DNA of 64,000 nucleotides from Myxococcota bacterium. Lineage in GTDB: Bacteria > Myxococcota_A > UBA9042 > PHBI01 > JAWLBL01. Under the pieces are notes generated by a model. That model made no database searches. It was not told the origin of the DNA and was given only the letters and a program-made list of their open reading frames with translations. Below, piece by piece: positions 59,671 through 64,000 of the stretch; within the stretch, counting starts at the first letter, position 1; every line of letters starts with the position of its first letter. Both the position numbers and the translations under genes were made by a program. The stretch covers positions 294,761 to 358,760 of the forward strand of contig JAWLBL010000002.1 of NCBI GenBank assembly GCA_041687695.1. Direction: 5' to 3'.

Positions 59671-61904
59671 CGCCTCGTCCCCTCCGCCTGGTGCAGCGCC
59701 TCGCCCCCCGCTTCGCGGCGCTCCTCGTGCTCGTCCTCGGGCTGTCGTCGACGCTCGCCGCCTGGATGTACGTGTCCGAGAACGAACAGGCGCGCGCCAA
59801 CCGCCGCTTCTACGACGCGGTCGAGCAGGTCACCCAGACCATCGAGCACCGCCTGGCCGCCTACATCTCCGTGCTGCTGGCGACCCGCGGGTTCCTCGAC
59901 GCCAGCGAGACCATCACGCGCGACGAGTTCCAGACTTTCATCCAGAGCGTCGAGGTCGGCACGCGCTTCCCCGGCGTGCAGGGGCTGGGGTTCGCGGCCT
60001 GGATCTCCGAGGACGAGCGCCCGGCCTTCGAGGCCCGCCTCCGCGCGCAGGGCCTGCCCGACTACCGGGTCTGGCCCGAAGGCCCCCGTGCGCGCTACGC
60101 GCCCATCGCCTTCATCGAGCCGCAGGACTGGCGCAACCGCCGCGCCATGGGCTTCGACATGTACTCCGACCCGGTGCGACGCGACGCCATGGATCGCGCC
60201 CGCGAGCACGCGCTGCCGGCCGCCACCGCCCAGGTCCGCCTCGTCCAGGAGACCGACGTCGAGCCCCAGGCGGGCTTCCTCATCTACGTGCCGGTCTACA
60301 CCCGCGCGGCGACCGACGTGGGCGAGCCCAGCGACCAGCGGCTGCGCGGGTTCGTCTATGCCCCCTTCCGCACCGGCGATCTCTTCGGGACGCTGCTCGG
60401 CCCCGCGGCCGCCCGCGCCGTCTCGCTGGCCATCTATGACGGGTCCCCGCACGAGGGGCAGCCCCCGCTCTTCATCAACGGCACGCAGCCCGAAACGGGC
60501 TCGCCCGTCCTCACCGCCACGCGGCACCTCGACGTCGCCGGCCGTCGCTGGACCCTGGTCTTCCGCAGCACCGAGCGGCTCACCGATCTGGGCAGCGACC
60601 TCCCCCTCTGGGTCGCCCTGGGCGGCGTCCTCATCAGCTTGCTCCTGTTCGTCATCACCCGCGCGCAGGTGCGCGCCCGCGCCGCCGCCGAGGAGTCCGA
60701 CCGCCGCTCCGCGCTGCTCGCCGAGGTGGCCGGCGTGCTGTCCAGCTCGCTCGACGGCACCGAGATGCTCACCGGCGCCGCCGCCCTCGTCAGCCTGGGG
60801 ACGGACGCCGCCTGCGCCGTCGAGCTGCTCGAACCGGACGGCGCGGTGCGCTCGTTCCTGGCCGTCCCCGGGCCCGATGAGCCGCGGATCGAGACCCGAC
60901 GCCGGCCGGGTCACCCCGAGCACATCGGCCTCGACCGCGCCATCACCGCCGACCGCTCACGGATGCTGGCGCACACCGATCCGGCCCTCGATCGCCTGCT
61001 GCCCGAGGACTTCCTAGCCCTGCTCGGGGCCGCCGCGCGCTCGGCCGTGCTCGTCCCGCTCCGCGCCCGGGGCCGCGCCATCGGCTCACTGAGCCTCGTC
61101 TGGACCGCGCCCCGCCGCCGCCAGCTCCCCGCCGACCTGGCCACCGCCCAGGACCTCGGCCGCCTCATCGCGGCCGCCGCCGACAACGCGCAGCTCTACC
61201 GCGACGCCCAGGACGCCATCCGCGTGCGGGACGAGTTCCTGTCGGTCGCCTCCCACGAGCTCAAGACGCCGCTGACCTCGCTGCAGCTGCAGGTCCAGAG
61301 CATCTTGCGCGCCCTCGAGCGCGGCCGCGCCGCCGCCCTGACCCCCGACGCCCTGCGCGACAAGGCCGGCCTCATCGACAGCAGCGTCCAGCGCATGAGC
61401 AACCTCATCTCGAGCCTGCTCGACATCGCGCGCATCACCTCGGGTCGCCTCGTCCTGTCGCCGGCCGACACCGATCTCAGCGCCCTGGCCCGCGACGTGT
61501 GCGCGCGCTTCTCCGACGAGGCGCGCGCGGCCGACGTGCCGCTGGTCGCGTCCATCGAGGACGGCGTCGTCGGGCGTTGGGACGCGCAGCGCCTGGACCA
61601 GATCGTCTCGAACCTGCTGTCCAACGCCATCAAGTACGGGCCGGGGCAGCCGGTCGACGTCACGCTCGAGCGGCGCGGCGACGTGGCGCGGCTCGAGGTG
61701 CGCGACCGCGGCATCGGCGTGCCCCCCGAGGACCAGGCGCGCATCTTCGACCAGTTCGAGCGCGCCGTCTCGACCCGCAACTACGGCGGCTTCGGCCTGG
61801 GGCTGTGGATCTCGCGGCAGATCGTCGAGGCCCACGGCGGCAGCATCGCCGTCACCAGCGAGCCCGGTCAGGGCGCGACGTTTACGGTGACGCTGCCGCT
61901 GTGA
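59667..61904 (+). CDS. CHASE-GAF sensor histidine kinase
   Basis: TM-CHASE (PGVQGLGF, IEP...RN.RAMGFDM, GFVYAPF)-TM; GAF (VPL.ARG..IG.L); FLSVASHELKTPL, NAIKY, GFGLGL. Confidence 0.93.
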   Translation: MTPRPLRLVQRLAPRFAALLVLVLGLSSTLAAWMYVSENEQARANRRFYDAVEQVTQTIEHRLAAYISVLLATRGFLDASETITRDEFQTFIQSVEVGTRFPGVQGLGFAAWISEDERPAFEARLRAQGLPDYRVWPEGPRARYAPIAFIEPQDWRNRRAMGFDMYSDPVRRDAMDRAREHALPAATAQVRLVQETDVEPQAGFLIYVPVYTRAATDVGEPSDQRLRGFVYAPFRTGDLFGTLLGPAAARAVSLAIYDGSPHEGQPPLFINGTQPETGSPVLTATRHLDVAGRRWTLVFRSTERLTDLGSDLPLWVALGGVLISLLLFVITRAQVRARAAAEESDRRSALLAEVAGVLSSSLDGTEMLTGAAALVSLGTDAACAVELLEPDGAVRSFLAVPGPDEPRIETRRRPGHPEHIGLDRAITADRSRMLAHTDPALDRLLPEDFLALLGAAARSAVLVPLRARGRAIGSLSLVWTAPRRRQLPADLATAQDLGRLIAAAADNAQLYRDAQDAIRVRDEFLSVASHELKTPLTSLQLQVQSILRALERGRAAALTPDALRDKAGLIDSSVQRMSNLISSLLDIARITSGRLVLSPADTDLSALARDVCARFSDEARAADVPLVASIEDGVVGRWDAQRLDQIVSNLLSNAIKYGPGQPVDVTLERRGDVARLEVRDRGIGVPPEDQARIFDQFERAVSTRNYGGFGLGLWISRQIVEAHGGSIAVTSEPGQGATFTVTLPL

Positions 61905-61938
61905 GGCGCGGTGACGCGGCCGACGTGACCCGCTCGCC

Positions 61939-62520
61939 TCAGACGCCCGTGCGGCACAGCAGGAAGTAGTTGTTGGTCTCCTTGCCCTGGCGCACGGCGC
62001 GGCCGATGGTGACGTGGCGCGAGACCTTGCGCATGTAGTCGACCATGCGGGCGAAGACGAAGCGCTGCAGCCCCGACTCGTTCGGCTTGATCGACGGCCA
62101 CCCCTCGGGCAGGCGCGCGTCGGCCGGCGGGACCTGGAAGTAGTCGATGCCGACCTCGCCGCGCTCGGGGAAGAAGCGCGCGACGAAGTAGCCGGGGCCG
62201 ATGAGGGGGCGGGTCGAGCCCTCATTGTAGCCGTACAGGGCGTCGTCGCGGCCCTCGACCCGGCAGAAGCGCTTCTCGAAGACGTTGAAGATGGGCAGCG
62301 AGTTGCGGCCCGCGTGGATGACCTGGGTCGCCGGGGCGACCTCGGGCGGGACGAAGTCGTCGAGGCTGGTCGCGCGCCCCGCGGCCAGATCCCACAGCCG
62401 GGCCTGCAGGCGGGCGCCCATCCCGCGCACCGCGGCCACGCGCGCCTCGTCGGTCATCTGGTCGAGCGTGTCGGCGAGCCGGTCGAGGTCGACGGCGTCC
62501 GGGGTCCAGGTCGTCTCCAT
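61939..62520 (-). CDS. Hypothetical protein
   Basis: GGAGG SD; GC3-biased globular sequence (GRNSLP, FEKRF, GPGYF, DYMR.V); family not recognised. Confidence 0.75.
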   Translation of the reverse strand: METTWTPDAVDLDRLADTLDQMTDEARVAAVRGMGARLQARLWDLAAGRATSLDDFVPPEVAPATQVIHAGRNSLPIFNVFEKRFCRVEGRDDALYGYNEGSTRPLIGPGYFVARFFPERGEVGIDYFQVPPADARLPEGWPSIKPNESGLQRFVFARMVDYMRKVSRHVTIGRAVRQGKETNNYFLLCRTGV

Positions 62521-62598
62521 GGGGTCTGCCTCCGTCAGGGGGCGGCCAGCCTACATCCCGAGCGGCCGCTCTGCCAACCCGCCCGGCTCAGCGCCGGC

Positions 62599-63696
62599 TC
62601 AGAGCTGCAGCCGCAGCGCCACGGTGCCGACCAGGGCCGCCGCGCTCTGCGAGCTCTTGGACGCCTGGTTGTACAGCAGCCCGCCCTGGCCGGGGTCGAA
62701 GCTGCCCGGCGCGTCGCCCAGATCGGCCGAGATCTCGTCCTGGCTCATCACCGCGAGATCCAGCTGCGCGGTCAGCGCGACGGGGCCCATCACCAGATCC
62801 AGCCCGACGTGCGGCCGGATGGTGAAGCGCGCCGGCGGCGTCTCGTAGTGGTTGGTGCGGTCCTCGAACACCACCGGGTCCTGGTCGACCTCCTCGCCGG
62901 CGACCCGGTCGATGGTGGCCGTCGCGCGAAGGCGCGTGCCGCCCGTGACGCTGCCGTCCGCGATGACCAGACCAACGCCGGTGAACGGGCGCAGCGGCCC
63001 CCACTTCCAGGCGACGCGCAGCTCGGGCGTGAAGGCGTACAGGCTCCACGCCATGCGCGGCGCGCCCGAGAACGTGTAGGTCCCCTCGACCGTGCCCTGG
63101 TCGGTCTCGACCGTGTAGGGGCTCTCGAAGCCGGCGCCGACCTCCATGTGGCCGCCGTAGTAGGACCCGCCGACGCCGATGATGAAGGCGGGCAGGGCGC
63201 CCTTGGCCTCGTTGATGCGGAAGCGGAACTGCCCGGCGACCTGCACGAGGCCCACCGAGACGCTGATGTCCTCGCCCGCGATGTCGAGATCGGGCAGGAA
63301 GTGGACGTCCAGGCCCAGCTCGAAGCCGTGGCCGAAGCCGATGCCGGTCGTGATGCCGAACTGCGGCCACGGGAAGTTGCCGGGCAGCGCCTCCTCGAGG
63401 TTGAGCAGATCGGTCCCGCGGCCCACCTGGTTGAACTGGTTCATCAAGCCGACGCGCAGCGGGACCACGCCGAACGAGAAGCCCTGGGTGTCGTCCTGCA
63501 GATCGATGCCGGCGCCCAGGCCCGACTGCGCCATCATCGACGGCAGGTGCTGCGCCAGCCAGATGGGCGTGTTGACCGTCAGGGCCGTCACGTCGTTGGT
63601 CAGCCGATCGAGGATGTCGGCGCTCTGGGCCAGGGCGGGCCCGGTCGGGGCGGCGGCGAGGCCCAGCGTGAGCAGGGCGGCGAGGCGGCTACGCAT
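62599..63696 (-). CDS. Probable outer-membrane beta-barrel protein
   Basis: Signal peptide (ALA); amphipathic strands; terminal strand VALRLQL. Confidence 0.7.
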   Translation of the reverse strand: MRSRLAALLTLGLAAAPTGPALAQSADILDRLTNDVTALTVNTPIWLAQHLPSMMAQSGLGAGIDLQDDTQGFSFGVVPLRVGLMNQFNQVGRGTDLLNLEEALPGNFPWPQFGITTGIGFGHGFELGLDVHFLPDLDIAGEDISVSVGLVQVAGQFRFRINEAKGALPAFIIGVGGSYYGGHMEVGAGFESPYTVETDQGTVEGTYTFSGAPRMAWSLYAFTPELRVAWKWGPLRPFTGVGLVIADGSVTGGTRLRATATIDRVAGEEVDQDPVVFEDRTNHYETPPARFTIRPHVGLDLVMGPVALTAQLDLAVMSQDEISADLGDAPGSFDPGQGGLLYNQASKSSQSAAALVGTVALRLQL

Positions 63697-63762
63697 TCAG
63701 CAGCTCCGAGAGGTCGTTGAGGAACGCAAGACTAGCCGCATGGAGATCCGGATGCCACCCGC

Positions 63763-63999
63763 TCACAGCCGCAGCTCGAGGCCGCCCGTCAGGCTCCAGC
63801 CGCGCCCGACGGCCGCCGCGCCCTCGCGCTCGAAGCCCTCGCGCCACCACAGCGCGCGCGCCAGCAGCCCCAGCGGCCCCAGCGCCGCCGTCAACATCGC
63901 CCGGTGCTCGAGCCGCGACACGTCCCGCGCCCGCTCGCTCAGCACCAGCGCCGCCGGCGCCAGCGCGTAGTCCAGCTCGAAGCGCAGCGCCCCGCCCGA
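63763..63999 (-). CDS. C-terminal part of a probable outer-membrane protein (5'-truncated by the window)
   Basis: The frame is open to the window end; ends GWSLTGGLELRL. Confidence 0.55.
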   Translation of the reverse strand, partial: SGGALRFELDYALAPAALVLSERARDVSRLEHRAMLTAALGPLGLLARALWWREGFEREGAAAVGRGWSLTGGLELRL

Positions 64000-64000
64000 C

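Overview
Very GC-rich bacterial chromosomal segment, most consistent with a Myxococcota-type deltaproteobacterium (inferred from a MYXO-CTERM-like tail, several giant Cys-rich surface lipoproteins, a Ser/Thr kinase and dense signalling genes). It holds about 55 tightly packed CDSs: aromatic amino-acid genes (hisC-aroA, aroF), a MaoC-FabG4-thiolase fatty-acid operon, a TetR-controlled Lol-like ABC/outer-membrane barrel operon, nucleic-acid enzymes (SMUG1, dCMP deaminase, a divergent RlmN, HPF, LOG, NUDIX) and signalling proteins (GGDEF, adenylate cyclase, two histidine kinases, a kinase-receiver fusion). I found no rRNA, tRNA, CRISPR array, transposase or prophage gene. The strongest lead is a single ORF fusing a Clp1-type polynucleotide 5'-kinase to an RNase Z-type metallo-beta-lactamase, a candidate bifunctional RNA end-healing enzyme. 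Other leads: a switch-like 5' leader on hpf, an orphan PhnD-like binding protein coupled to a diguanylate cyclase, a WHG-NUDIX fusion lacking an HTH, repeated leaderless-gene architecture, small Pro-rich ORFs ahead of both histidine kinases, and kb-scale alternating C-rich/G-rich blocks. All calls come from reading motifs by eye; no database search was run, and start codons are best estimates.
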